Source: Candidatus Woesebacteria bacterium
Lineage (GTDB): Bacteria > Patescibacteriota > Microgenomatia > UBA1400 > PJMF01
Assembly: GCA_017999345.1 (NCBI GenBank)
Contig: JAGNLY010000001.1
Span: 6,884 to 70,883 of the forward strand
DNA: 64,000 nucleotides
Reading direction: 5' to 3'
Shown here in pieces: positions 36,227 to 46,562 of the stretch. Positions within the stretch are counted from its first letter, which is position 1. Every line of letters starts with the position of its first letter. Below the pieces are notes generated by a model. That model was given only the letters and a program-made list of their open reading frames with translations, was not told the DNA's origin and ran no database searches. The position numbers and the translations under genes are program-made.

Positions 36227-36547
36227 TTTTATCTCCTTTTCATTTACAACTATAATAGTAAATTCAGTATAGCGTTAAATAAAGAAAAATAATATTCAAT
36301 TTAAAAGTAAATATTATTATTGATGAGACCAAATTAAAAAAAACAAGTGCTTACAGAAAAATACAGATCAAAAAACTTACTCATGATTAGAAAAAATATC
36401 TAGTAAAAAGCTTTTTCTTCTTGTAGTAAAGTTCCAAGTACGTCCGATTCGGACCGCCAAGTGAACATGGCGGATGACCAACGAGCTACCACACTGATTA
36501 GTACTCTCAACAAATACAATCATTTTATGATAAGCTAACAAAATAAT

Positions 36548-37354
36548 ATGTCTTCAAAACAAAAAATTGGGCTTGCACTTGGAAGTGGCGGACTGAGAGG
36601 TTTCGCACATATTGGAGTGATAAAAGCTTTAGTTGAGTCAGATATCAAAATCGATGTAATTACGGGAACAAGTTCTGGTGCTGTCATAGGTGGTTTTTAC
36701 GCACTTACAAAAGATATTAAATGGGTAGAAGACATTTTTATGAATCTCAAACTAAATGATTTAGCAACTTTTTCAGATGTTGCATTGAGATCAGGTATAA
36801 TTAAGGGAAATAACATGGAGTCATTTTTAGACAGGTATTTCAATGACGCGAATATTGAAAATTTAGACATAAAGTTCGCAGCAATTGCAACTGATATCCG
36901 AACTACAAAGGATATTATTTTTTCAAAAGGAAGTTTGACAAAAGCTGTAAGAGCCAGTAGTTCACTGCCTGGTTTTATTGACATGTTTCATGATAATGGG
37001 AGTTATTTAATTGATGGTGGGATTTCTCAGCCCGTACCTATCAGAGCAGCTAGAGAATTGGGAGCCGACAAAGTAATTGCTATAAATTTAGATGATTATA
37101 ATTACCGAAAATTTGAATTTAGTAGTAAAACTAAGGCAACCACAGTTGTTCAAGCTTCTTTAAAACTTATTAGGTATAGATTAGGTCAAGAATTATGTAG
37201 TGAAGCAGATTGGGTGATTGAGCCAGATGTATCCGATATAATTAATTGGTCAAGTTTAAGATATCGTGAGAAGAGAATTAAAGCAATTGATATGGGTTAT
37301 CAAGCTGCTATGGAAAAAATTAAGGCTATTAAGTTAGATATTTCCTTGTTTTAA
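36548..37354 (+). CDS. Patatin-like phospholipase
   Basis: The oxyanion motif GSGGLRG, the nucleophile motif GTSSGA and the catalytic Asp in IDGG. Confidence 0.85.
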   Translation: MSSKQKIGLALGSGGLRGFAHIGVIKALVESDIKIDVITGTSSGAVIGGFYALTKDIKWVEDIFMNLKLNDLATFSDVALRSGIIKGNNMESFLDRYFNDANIENLDIKFAAIATDIRTTKDIIFSKGSLTKAVRASSSLPGFIDMFHDNGSYLIDGGISQPVPIRAARELGADKVIAINLDDYNYRKFEFSSKTKATTVVQASLKLIRYRLGQELCSEADWVIEPDVSDIINWSSLRYREKRIKAIDMGYQAAMEKIKAIKLDISLF

Positions 37355-37381
37355 ACATTATTGAGTTAATTTAATAAATAC

Positions 37382-38716
37382 TTAGCCAGCAATATATCTA
37401 AGCCAAATAATTCCAAAAGTAATCAAGCTATTAATAATAACTAAAGGCATAGCCAATCCAAGATATTTAAAGAAAGAAGTTTTCCAACCTTCTTTTTCTG
37501 CCTGACCGAAAGCAATCACATTACATGCAGCAGCAATTGGAGAACCGCCTCCGCCAATTGAGGTTCCTAAATTTAAAGCCCACCATAGTGGATAAACTGT
37601 AATCCCTGCTGTTTCCATCGATTTAATTGCGCCAACCATGGTGATGTTATATGGCACATTATCAATAAATGTTGAAATGACAGCAGATCCTGAGGAAATC
37701 ATTAAAGTTAGATAGGTAATATTTCCACCTGATATTTTTACTAATTGTGCTGCGAGAAGTTCAATTACGTGAGTGAATTCAAGAGAGCCAACAATAATAA
37801 ACAAACCCATGAAAAAGAAGATAATTTCCCAATCAATTAGTTCGCGAAAAACTTTATAAGGTTTTCTATGAAAGATCATCATAGCCAAAAATGCACCACC
37901 AATAGTTATAGTAGCGTTATCTATCGTGATATCCAAAAGATTATGAATTTGTTCTTTGAATATCATAATCAGAATTACCATAATTAATATTGGCAGTCCT
38001 TTGTAAAGAATTTTTCTATTTTTTATTGCGGCTTTTGGTTTAAAGAATTCAACACTTTTTTTGTCTACAACAACTGAGCTCAAGTCTTTTTTAAAAATAA
38101 TAATGCTATAAATTAAAGTTACGACCGACAGAATCATTACAATTAACCCAGAATTAGAAACAACCTCTGCAAAACTAAGTCCAACAGTTTTAGCTTGATA
38201 GTAGGTGGTTGGATCAGAGATTGGAGTCATTGCGCCACCTATATTTGACATCATGATCGTAACGAAAAAATATGGTAAATATGGAAGTTTGAATGTTTTA
38301 ATTAAGATAACCAGAATTGGAATGATAATTAATACAGTAGGAATGTTTGAAAAGAGAGCAGTCATAAAAAGTGTTAGGTATCCCAAGCTAATTAACAACA
38401 AAACAGGATGACCTTTCACTAGTTTAACAATCCAAATTGCTAGCGCTTCAAATATTCCAGACTCTTTAACAATTCCAACCAAAACCATCATGCCTATTAC
38501 AAAGCCTAAAATATCTAAATTATTAGCAATAAACTCAAAGGCATTTTTTTGTGAAGAATTGGTGGCGGTCCTAAATACTTGCATCAAAATTAATATTGTG
38601 GCACCCAAAATTGAGACAATCACTTTGTTAAGTTTTTCACTGATTAGAAAAAAATAAACAACTGATAGAGTTGCTAGTGAAATGACTGAGAAAATTGATA
38701 ATCCAAAAAGTTCCAT
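37382..38716 (-). CDS. ArsB/NhaD-superfamily ion or anion permease
   Basis: About 11-12 transmembrane helices with an internal-repeat organisation typical of CitMHS/ArsB_NhaD permeases. It is paired with a CBS protein. Confidence 0.65.
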   Translation of the reverse strand: MELFGLSIFSVISLATLSVVYFFLISEKLNKVIVSILGATILILMQVFRTATNSSQKNAFEFIANNLDILGFVIGMMVLVGIVKESGIFEALAIWIVKLVKGHPVLLLISLGYLTLFMTALFSNIPTVLIIIPILVILIKTFKLPYLPYFFVTIMMSNIGGAMTPISDPTTYYQAKTVGLSFAEVVSNSGLIVMILSVVTLIYSIIIFKKDLSSVVVDKKSVEFFKPKAAIKNRKILYKGLPILIMVILIMIFKEQIHNLLDITIDNATITIGGAFLAMMIFHRKPYKVFRELIDWEIIFFFMGLFIIVGSLEFTHVIELLAAQLVKISGGNITYLTLMISSGSAVISTFIDNVPYNITMVGAIKSMETAGITVYPLWWALNLGTSIGGGGSPIAAACNVIAFGQAEKEGWKTSFFKYLGLAMPLVIINSLITFGIIWLRYIAG

Positions 38717-38731
38717 ATATTTATCTCTGCT

Positions 38732-39232
38732 TTAAGCCTTATTAGGTTTGTCTACTGAGTCTTTCATTTCGTTATAATATTTTGGCATCTTCATTCCATA
38801 GGCAAGTGCCTTTTTAATCTCTGAACGAGTAATAACACCCAACAATTCTCCTTGTTCTATCACTGGAACAATGTATAAATCATTTTTCAAAAAATCAGCT
38901 GCGACGGCCATAATGTTGTCATTTAGATTGGTAATAGTAAATTTTTTCCTCATGATTGTACTCACCTTTTTATTCTGAAGCTCAGCACAATTTTCACTAA
39001 AAAAACCAGGACGATACATCGCAGCAGCCATTTGGATATTGTGACGAAATTGACGAGGAATTGTGGCAGCGGCTATATCTTGAAGAGCGAGAATTCCGAC
39101 AACTTTTTTGTCATTATCAAGTACAACTAAACCATTAACTTTTTTCTCAATTAAGATTCTGAGAGATTCAAAAATAGTGGCTTCTTGAGAAATGGTGATA
39201 ACATGTTTGTGATAGAGTTCGGAAATAAGCAT
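38732..39232 (-). CDS. CBS-domain pair protein
   Basis: Two CBS repeats (VITISQEATIFESL...VVGILALQDI and FTITNLNDNIMAV...LLGVITRSEI). Confidence 0.75.
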   Translation of the reverse strand: MLISELYHKHVITISQEATIFESLRILIEKKVNGLVVLDNDKKVVGILALQDIAAATIPRQFRHNIQMAAAMYRPGFFSENCAELQNKKVSTIMRKKFTITNLNDNIMAVAADFLKNDLYIVPVIEQGELLGVITRSEIKKALAYGMKMPKYYNEMKDSVDKPNKA

Positions 39233-39293
39233 AAATTTATTCTAGCAGATTTTGAAAATTACTGTCTATATGTCAATCTGATACAATTCAATT

Positions 39294-39752
39294 ATGTCTT
39301 TAATATTAATTTCTTTTTGGGGCTTGGTAAATTTATCTTTGTCCTTAATTTCTGTTTCAAAAATTAGAAATAATAAGGAAAAATGTGATTTCATCTGGTG
39401 GTGGGCTTCACCATCTGGGGCTTTTGTTTGGGAAGATATGTTTGTTTTTGGAATGTTGCATAGCGGTTTGGCTTTTTATAGCGTAATAATTAATAATCCA
39501 GAATTTTGGCTAATTTCATTTCTTGTTTTTTGGATAGTCAGAAGTGCTGGCGAAACACTATATTTTTTCTTGCAACAATTTATTGTTCCAAAACATCATC
39601 CTCACGAAATTAGTAGCCATTTTGCTAGACTTAGAAAAATTTTTGGAAATATTTCAGATCAAAAGTGTTTTATTATCATGCAGGTTACGATGCAATCGAT
39701 TTTAGTTTTATCAATTATTTTGCTCTATATTATAATGTTCAGAAAAATATGA
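39294..39752 (+). CDS. Hypothetical membrane protein
   Basis: Four hydrophobic segments. Its stop overlaps the next start as ATGA. Confidence 0.45.
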   Translation: MSLILISFWGLVNLSLSLISVSKIRNNKEKCDFIWWWASPSGAFVWEDMFVFGMLHSGLAFYSVIINNPEFWLISFLVFWIVRSAGETLYFFLQQFIVPKHHPHEISSHFARLRKIFGNISDQKCFIIMQVTMQSILVLSIILLYIIMFRKI

Positions 39753-41632
39753 TAAATAGGAGTCCTGAAACTCAATATAGACCACTGGAAAAACAAACAA
39801 CATCCGATTTTATTGCGGACTTATTTAACAAAAAATTAAGAGAGGGCTTCAATAACAACATTGAACTTCAACCCGACCAGCTGTTAAAAATAAATTCACC
39901 TGAATCAATAATAGAGTTAGCATCTACGAGAGTAACTGAAATTTGGAATCAAGAAATTAGTGAAATATTTTATGAATTAGTTGGTATTTGGGAAAAGTCA
40001 ATTGATGATGGCGACGCTAATTCTCACATTAAAAAAATATTAAAAAATCCAAAATATTTAGAGTCTTTAGTAAAAATTAGATATTTTTCAGAATTTACTG
40101 ATGTTAGATATTCTTCACCTGAAATTTTGGAGACTTTAGTAAATATTTCAATTCTAAGACAACAGTGGGAAATGTTTTTACTTGAAAATTGGATTGAACA
40201 AATTCCAGACAATAAATTCGAGAATTGGGGTATTGAAAAAAACCAATTTTTATTGTCATTACAACTTACGAACGAAATAGGCCCATTAGTAAGTAAAGGT
40301 TTTCTAATGCAGCTGACAAATTCCTACGATCATTTGCTTCCAAATAAAATTAAATTTCCTCAGTCTGAAGGTAACAATACATCTTGGACTTATGAAGTCA
40401 TTAAGTTTCCACAGGTTTCTCAAGATAATCATCAAACAAATGACATCTTAGAAGAGTCAAGACTTTCATTAAAACAAGCTTTTCCTCAGGTTGTGCCATT
40501 AATTATTGAAAAATATAGAATAATAGCTGAAAAAACATTATTACTTTATCCTGAAAAAGGAAAAAGATTTGCGGAGTTTTTATTAGCAGTTGCCAATGCC
40601 TATGATTCAAGTGAAACAGATTTTAATAACATTACTAAAATTTGGGAAGACGTCGAAAAATTTCAGGCTGAGATCGTAAAATCTGAATGGCCTATAGATT
40701 TAATAGTGATTGGTGAAATATACATTACTGGGCCACTTAAAAAAGCTGATTTTAATTTGGATGTAGGATTAAGTACAAAAGAATCAAAAAGAATCCAATC
40801 TGAGAATATAAAGTATTCCAAAATAGCTAAGAAAATTTCATCAAAATATGAACCCAATCAAAATGGAAAATTGAAGTATGTAACTACAGATATTTTGCTC
40901 GCCGGTATGGGACCCAACCTTTTGTGGAGAAATCAAGGTGTGGCTGACAAAATAATTTTTACATATTCTAATTCTATAGAGGATGTTAGCAGGGAAACTG
41001 TATTTCCTTTTCATAAAGGTCTATTTCAGCCTGACAATATTGATTATAAAACAGATGATGAAATGATTGAATTATCAACCATTTCCACAGCAGTTCATGA
41101 ATTAGGACATACAATTTTAAGCATGAATAAAGCTCTATATACCAAAAGAGTAGGATATTATCAAAAGCACAGCGAGATGATCGAAGAAATTAAAGCTGAT
41201 ACAAATGGTATTAGAATTTTTTGGGAAGATGAAAAAACTAAACCAAACTTTGGAAGAGCAAAAAAAATGTTGGAGTTTGTAGTTTCGTATTATGCTTCAT
41301 ATGTTGCATCAAGCGGAAGTGATTATAACGAATCAACAGATGAAGATGCAGATTTTAATACATATCGTGAAATGGCTGGAATTGTAATTTGCGCGCTCAT
41401 TGATTCTGGCGCTTTGAAAATTACTGGAGAAAAATTTGAGATTGTAGATGTTGAGGCAGGGTTTAATGCTATAGTTGAAATTTCTGATAAGGTGTTGAAA
41501 GAATATAGCAATCCATTCACGACACCTGCATTAATAAATAAATTTTGTAGAGAAATTGAAAAAAATAATAGAGAAAATACTGGGTTTAGGGAATTTATGA
41601 AGATTGTCAGTGAAATTGAAATAACTTCTTAA
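39749..41632 (+). CDS. Zinc metallopeptidase-like protein, DPP III (M49)-like motifs
   Basis: VHELGH (HExxH) is followed 28 residues later by EEIKAD, resembling the M49 EExK/RAE/D second motif. The start is ATG 39749, not the track's 39665. Confidence 0.45.
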   Translation: MINRSPETQYRPLEKQTTSDFIADLFNKKLREGFNNNIELQPDQLLKINSPESIIELASTRVTEIWNQEISEIFYELVGIWEKSIDDGDANSHIKKILKNPKYLESLVKIRYFSEFTDVRYSSPEILETLVNISILRQQWEMFLLENWIEQIPDNKFENWGIEKNQFLLSLQLTNEIGPLVSKGFLMQLTNSYDHLLPNKIKFPQSEGNNTSWTYEVIKFPQVSQDNHQTNDILEESRLSLKQAFPQVVPLIIEKYRIIAEKTLLLYPEKGKRFAEFLLAVANAYDSSETDFNNITKIWEDVEKFQAEIVKSEWPIDLIVIGEIYITGPLKKADFNLDVGLSTKESKRIQSENIKYSKIAKKISSKYEPNQNGKLKYVTTDILLAGMGPNLLWRNQGVADKIIFTYSNSIEDVSRETVFPFHKGLFQPDNIDYKTDDEMIELSTISTAVHELGHTILSMNKALYTKRVGYYQKHSEMIEEIKADTNGIRIFWEDEKTKPNFGRAKKMLEFVVSYYASYVASSGSDYNESTDEDADFNTYREMAGIVICALIDSGALKITGEKFEIVDVEAGFNAIVEISDKVLKEYSNPFTTPALINKFCREIEKNNRENTGFREFMKIVSEIEITS

Positions 41633-41653
41633 TATTTTTATTTTAAAACTTTT

Positions 41654-41706
41654 GGGAAAGTTTCTTCTAACACTCGCTTGCGCTCGTGCCGGTCAGAAAC
41701 TTTCCC
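41654..41706. terminator. Long hairpin between convergent genes
   Basis: GGGAAAGTTTCT and AGAAACTTTCCC form a 12-bp stem around a 29-nt G+C-rich loop. Confidence 0.5.
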
Positions 41707-41717
41707 GCAAATTTTCC

Positions 41718-42221
41718 TCATTTTGATACTGCCCCCCTGGCGAACCAACCGATAACAGCTCCGACGAACAATACTACCAACAGTCCCAAAAGGGCTTTTG
41801 GTGACGATAAAGCCTGAGTTATTAAATCGGTTTCAGCCGTCACGATTTTCGTTGTGTCGAGTGAAGTTGCCTCTTGCGAGTCAACTTCATCTTGGAAAGT
41901 AGTTGTCTGCTCAGCATTTGATTGCTCTGCAGCTACTTCTTTTTCCGGCTTGGGTTCAAAGGCGTCTGCGGGTATAAAGTAGGACGCCGCAAAAAGTATT
42001 ACTATCACTACCCAAGCAAAACAGAAAAACTTTGTCATGCCGTCTTTTGTCTTAAACCCGGCAAACAAGATTACAACTGTGATTGCTGCTAACGCGAAAA
42101 GGATTAGGCTATCGCCCAACCCTGTCGCCACAGCAACTCCAACAAATACTGCTGTTACCAGCAGTAGACCCACAACTTTTGTAGAGGTGGGAATTTCTTT
42201 ATGCTCAGTTGTACCAGTCAT
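41718..42221 (-). CDS. Hypothetical membrane protein, G+C-rich
   Basis: AAAGGTGA precedes the ATG. There are four transmembrane helices and an acidic linker. I hand-counted 28 of 60 G+C in 41761-41820. Confidence 0.5.
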   Translation of the reverse strand: MTGTTEHKEIPTSTKVVGLLLVTAVFVGVAVATGLGDSLILFALAAITVVILFAGFKTKDGMTKFFCFAWVVIVILFAASYFIPADAFEPKPEKEVAAEQSNAEQTTTFQDEVDSQEATSLDTTKIVTAETDLITQALSSPKALLGLLVVLFVGAVIGWFARGAVSK

Positions 42222-42506
42222 TTTTAACTTTTCACCTTTCTAGTGATTGTTTGTAGTCCGTGCAATCTGCACGAACGGGTTTAAAAATTGAGGAAAATTA
42301 TAAGACAATCTCATTTCTGAGATTGAATTTTTGTTAAGAAGACATCTCCTTTGCAAGACAATTCTCGCATTGGAAATGCCAACATACTGATTATACATAT
42401 TATAGGTCTATTTGTCAAGTTTAATCGTTAAAATTTAGTCGAGTAGAGAGCTTTTAGATTTTTGATAAATTTGTAGCAAAATTATTGATTATAATGAATA
42501 ATTAAG

Positions 42507-42755
42507 ATGAAAAACTGGTTTGTTTATATCCTAAAATGTGGTGATAATTCACTTTATACAGGTTCAACAACTGATCTTGAAAAAAGATTGGCTAAACACT
42601 CAAGTGGTTTGGGTGCAAAATATACTCGTAGTCACCTGCCAGTAAAATTAGTTTATTTTGAGAAACTTTCTAGTAAATCACTAGCTTTTAAACGTGAAGC
42701 TGAGATTAAGAGGTTATCTAGAAAAGAAAAGCTGTTAATTTTAGATACCAAATAA
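42507..42755 (+). CDS. GIY-YIG domain protein (stand-alone URI nuclease domain)
   Basis: WFVYILKCGDNSLYTGSTTDLEKRLAKH is the GIY...YIG pattern, followed by a conserved Arg and Glu. Confidence 0.8.
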   Translation: MKNWFVYILKCGDNSLYTGSTTDLEKRLAKHSSGLGAKYTRSHLPVKLVYFEKLSSKSLAFKREAEIKRLSRKEKLLILDTK

Positions 42756-42816
42756 TAAATATTTGAAAAGCTCTCGCAGGCAGTTCGCCTGAATGTTCGC
42801 TTTTCAAATATTTATT
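42754..42816 (+). repeat. Palindromic intergenic element, copy E6 (apical hairpin AGGC/GCCT)
   Basis: AATAAATATTTGAAAAGC-TCTCGC-AGGCagttcGCCT-GAATGTTC-GCTTTTCAAATATTTATT. The 18-bp outer stem is perfect. Confidence 0.85.
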
Positions 42817-42892
42817 AAAGTCAATAAAATTAACTGATTTATACTATAATAATTAATATACGAAATCAAAATATTTTTTATAGTGAACATGG

Positions 42893-43513
42893 ATGGAAAG
42901 AATGAAAAAAATTATTTTAGCTTCACAGTCACCACAAAGAAAATTGTTAATGGAGGCACTTGGTTTACCGTTTGAAGTTATGCCGGCAAATATTGATGAA
43001 AAAAATATCATTGAGGTTGATCAAAAGTTGAGGTGTCAAAAAATTGCCAAAGCGAAAGCTGACTTTATTAAAAAAACACTAATGGAGAGCGGCGTCAAAA
43101 ATAATAACCACTACATAATTATTGCAGCAGATACCTATACAGTTTTTAACGGCAAGGCATATGAAAAACCTGAGAACTTAAATGAAGCACGACGAATGTT
43201 GGCAGAACAATCTGGTCAGGCCGGACTTTGTTTTAGCGGTTTTGCATACATTGATACAACTGAAAAACTTGAATATAACTCGGTTGCAACCACAAGCTTA
43301 GTTTTCAGAGATCTTTCAAATTCTGAAATAGAAAAATATGTTAAAGAAAATCCAGTCTTAACATGGTCGGCTGGATTTTGTCCTGCATATCCAGCTGGGG
43401 TAAATTTAATTTCTGAAATTAATGGTTCGTTGAGTAGTTTTACACATGGCCTTCCAATGGAGATGCTGATACCACTTTTGAAACGATCCGGAGTTTTTGA
43501 TGAAGAAAATTAA
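42893..43513 (+). CDS. maf: Maf-like nucleoside triphosphate pyrophosphatase
   Basis: IILASQSPQRKLLMEALGLPFEV and IIAADT blocks. Confidence 0.8.
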   Translation: MERMKKIILASQSPQRKLLMEALGLPFEVMPANIDEKNIIEVDQKLRCQKIAKAKADFIKKTLMESGVKNNNHYIIIAADTYTVFNGKAYEKPENLNEARRMLAEQSGQAGLCFSGFAYIDTTEKLEYNSVATTSLVFRDLSNSEIEKYVKENPVLTWSAGFCPAYPAGVNLISEINGSLSSFTHGLPMEMLIPLLKRSGVFDEEN

Positions 43514-44717
43514 ATTTCCAAAACTACCAAAGTTTCAGAAACTTTTTAATTTAAAAAAACCAAAAATAAAAAATATTTCGCATTCATTTGTATTCTTGAA
43601 AAATATAAAAAGTTTTTTTCAAAAAGTTAGCAAATTTTTTTCTAGATTCTTTTCACATAGATTTATAATTAGAACGATCATTTTTTCTTTTTTTCTTGGT
43701 TTGAATATTGCATTGGGAAATTATTTTATCAAAACTAATAGCTTTCATTTTCCAAATCAAATTACCGACATTCTCAGTAATTACGGAATAGTTGAAAAAG
43801 AAAAATTTAATTATTTGAAAGCTGAACTTTCAAAGGATTATAACCGAAGTTTGGATCCACAAATTATTTTAGAAAAGTTAAATGAAGAAAGAAAAATCTA
43901 TGAGGTTGGTGAGCTTGAATACAATGATTCACTAGCAACTGCAGCTGCAATTTTGTTATCGCAAGCAGAGAAATATGAATTTGATCTTAGTGATAAAGAT
44001 TTTTCACTTGATTTGAAAGGTGCCTTAGATGAAGTTGGATATGATTATTCTTACGTTAACCATAATATTTTGGTTGGACCGACACTAGAACAAGCGGTGG
44101 TAAATTCTTGGTTTTCTGATGAAAATCAAGCAGCTGCTATCAAAAATGATGAATTTATTGAAGTTGGATTTGCAACCAAAATTATTGAGTTAAAATATAT
44201 GGGTACGGTTGGCGTGGTTGTCCAAGTTTTAGGCAGTCCACAAAAAACCGTCGCAGTCGCGCCTCAAAAAAATACTTCAAATGAAATAAAGTTTCCAGTA
44301 ATTTCTGATCAAGAAGTTATTGATGCATTGAATAACTATAGATTAGTTCACAATGTACGAACTTTGAATGTTGATGAAAACTTATGCAGATACGCTGAAA
44401 AACGAGTTCGAGATTTAGTTTTATTTGGTGGTTTGGATGGGCACTCAGGATTTACAAAAGATTTTGAAGACCAAGGTAACTTGCCAGGTCCTATTAAAAG
44501 TTATAATGGCAATCAAGTTGCTGAAAACTTAGCTCATCAATATTGTCGAAACATGACCACTGGAGATTCATTTGTTGCTGAGACTGGAACAGCCATTATT
44601 GAATGGTGTTTCGATTCTTCAACTAAGGGTCATAGAGAAGCACAATTAAATCCAGAATATGAAAATGTTTGCGTTAGACATGGAAATAATATGTATGTAG
44701 TAATATTTGGAAATTAA
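43497..44717 (+). CDS. Membrane-anchored CAP/SCP (PR-1-like) domain protein
   Basis: A basic N-terminus plus a transmembrane helix. The C-terminal ALNNYRLVHNVRTLNVDENLCRYAEKR...GHREAQLNPEY matches the CAP-domain pattern. Confidence 0.55.
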   Translation: MMKKIKFPKLPKFQKLFNLKKPKIKNISHSFVFLKNIKSFFQKVSKFFSRFFSHRFIIRTIIFSFFLGLNIALGNYFIKTNSFHFPNQITDILSNYGIVEKEKFNYLKAELSKDYNRSLDPQIILEKLNEERKIYEVGELEYNDSLATAAAILLSQAEKYEFDLSDKDFSLDLKGALDEVGYDYSYVNHNILVGPTLEQAVVNSWFSDENQAAAIKNDEFIEVGFATKIIELKYMGTVGVVVQVLGSPQKTVAVAPQKNTSNEIKFPVISDQEVIDALNNYRLVHNVRTLNVDENLCRYAEKRVRDLVLFGGLDGHSGFTKDFEDQGNLPGPIKSYNGNQVAENLAHQYCRNMTTGDSFVAETGTAIIEWCFDSSTKGHREAQLNPEYENVCVRHGNNMYVVIFGN

Positions 44718-44767
44718 ATTGATATTAATTGAAACGTTCTTAAAGAATATAAATTATTGGTTAAAAA

Positions 44768-46051
44768 ATGCTAACAAAACTTGAAATAAAAACAGAAATA
44801 AAATCACTTATAAAAAAATTTCTTATTTGGAGAGTTTTATTAATTATTCCAGTTATTTTGGCCACTATCTTTTTGCCATTTAGAGATTCATCTTTATATA
44901 CAATTTTTACAGGACAGGTTGACAAATATGTTGAAGTTGATGATTCATTAATTTATCCATGGGGGAATTTTGACGGAGTTCATTATTTAGCAATTTCTTA
45001 TAGGGGGTATATTGATGAAGGAAGATTTTTACCTCTATATCCAATATTAATTAGAATCTTATCAACCTTTATTGCTACTATTTTTGATTTAGAAATTACA
45101 GGAAGTTTGTTATTTTGGTCAGGTATATTTTTAAGTAATTTATTTTTCTTTTTAAGTTTAGTTTTACTCAAAAAATTATTGGAGTTAGATTTTAAAAAGG
45201 AAATTGTAGATAAAGCAATTATTTTAATTCTTGTTTTTCCTACAGCATTTTTCTTTGTTTCAATTTATACCGAAAGTTTATTTTTATTTTTGAGTTTGTT
45301 AATTTTATTATTGGCTAGAAAAAAGAAATGGTGGAAAGCAATTATCCTCTCTTCACTGTTGGCAATTACAAGGTTGCCAGGAACTTTAATTTTAATTCCA
45401 TTAATTTATGAATACATAATTAGTGAAACTAGTTTTGAAATGAATGCTAAAAAAATGTTTTCTGCAAAAAATAAAAAAGATTTTAAACTTAATCTATTCA
45501 ATCTTTTTCATTCATTATGTAAAAAATGGTCTGGATTTTTAAAGTTCTTAATTACTCCTATTTTACTAATTGTCTTTGCAGCTTTTAATAATTACCATTG
45601 GCAGGACCCATTCTATTTTGTTCATGCGCATGCTGCTTTGGGTAATGGTAGAGAGGTGGAGGGATTTGTATTTCCATTGATAACTGTATATAGATATCTA
45701 AAAATATTTTTAACAGTTTCATGTAGACAATATGAATTTTGGGTAGCATTATTAGAATTTTCATCATTAATTTTTGCACTAATTGGATTAGTTTTTGCAT
45801 TCATCAAAAAAGTTAGACTTTCATATTTATTATTTGCTTTAGCAATAATTCTATTACCTTTATTGTCAGGAACATTAACTGGATTTCCGAGATATTTAAT
45901 TTTGGCATTTCCAATATTTTTAGGTTTTGCAAATATATTTGAAAATAAAAATTATCGCGTAAAAGTTTTATGGAGAGTTTTAATTTTTATTTGTGCGTCA
46001 CTGCAGTTTTTATTAATTATGCTTTTTGCTAGAGGATGGTTTGTGGCCTAA
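44768..46051 (+). CDS. GT-C-type membrane glycosyl/mannosyltransferase (PIG-V-like)
   Basis: Polytopic. The WGNFDGVHYLAISYRGY loop resembles the PIG-V family W-x-x-W-D-x-x-x-Y motif. Confidence 0.5.
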   Translation: MLTKLEIKTEIKSLIKKFLIWRVLLIIPVILATIFLPFRDSSLYTIFTGQVDKYVEVDDSLIYPWGNFDGVHYLAISYRGYIDEGRFLPLYPILIRILSTFIATIFDLEITGSLLFWSGIFLSNLFFFLSLVLLKKLLELDFKKEIVDKAIILILVFPTAFFFVSIYTESLFLFLSLLILLLARKKKWWKAIILSSLLAITRLPGTLILIPLIYEYIISETSFEMNAKKMFSAKNKKDFKLNLFNLFHSLCKKWSGFLKFLITPILLIVFAAFNNYHWQDPFYFVHAHAALGNGREVEGFVFPLITVYRYLKIFLTVSCRQYEFWVALLEFSSLIFALIGLVFAFIKKVRLSYLLFALAIILLPLLSGTLTGFPRYLILAFPIFLGFANIFENKNYRVKVLWRVLIFICASLQFLLIMLFARGWFVA

Positions 46052-46061
46052 GCTTGGTGAA

Positions 46062-46514
46062 TTAATTTAAATCTAAGGACAGAAGATGGTTTTCATAGTC
46101 TGAAAATCCTAACCTTTTATAGAGTTTTTTTGCCAAGATATTGTTTGGAGTCACTTCAAGCTGAATTGCCACAGAATTTTCTGGCATGGTTTTTATTAGA
46201 TAATTAATAAATGTCGAACCAATTCCTTGGCTTCTATATTCTGGTTTAATATATAGTTCATCTAACATTAATATGTTTCCTCCAAACTCATTGCTCCAAA
46301 AATTAATCAGAATTGAATAGCCGATAATTTCATTATCATTTTTTATTGTTAAAATCTTTCCACGAGCTGGTTGAGACCTAAGTGTTTTAAAGGTGAGCTC
46401 AATTTTTTCTAAACTTATTGGTTTTCCAGTTGGATCCTCATGATAAAGATTATTCATTAGGTTGGAAATATCTTTTTCGTCGTTTTTCGACCATACTTCA
46501 AATTTGATCATCAT
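46062..46514 (-). CDS. GNAT-family N-acetyltransferase
   Basis: The acetyl-CoA motif A YRSQGIGSTFINYL within a GNAT-sized fold. Confidence 0.8.
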   Translation of the reverse strand: MMIKFEVWSKNDEKDISNLMNNLYHEDPTGKPISLEKIELTFKTLRSQPARGKILTIKNDNEIIGYSILINFWSNEFGGNILMLDELYIKPEYRSQGIGSTFINYLIKTMPENSVAIQLEVTPNNILAKKLYKRLGFSDYENHLLSLDLN

Positions 46515-46562
46515 ATCTTTTCATATTATAGTAAAATTACCTCAAATAAAATAAGGATAACT

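Noticed and set aside
36431-36510. Possible tRNA or 5S rRNA in the G+C-rich island upstream of the patatin gene
   Set aside because: No closed D-arm could be drawn. The candidate anticodon loop has 8 nt and the T-like hairpin has a 3-5 nt loop. The 5S-like words (AAGTGAAC, GTGTGGTAG, GAGAGTA) are in the wrong order or on the wrong strand. It is kept only as an unclassified candidate.
39665-39748. Upstream extension of the 655-aa ORF, overlapping the preceding membrane gene by 88 nt
   Set aside because: ATG 39749 forms an ATGA stop-start overlap with the upstream gene, which is the usual coupled arrangement. The extension is low-complexity.
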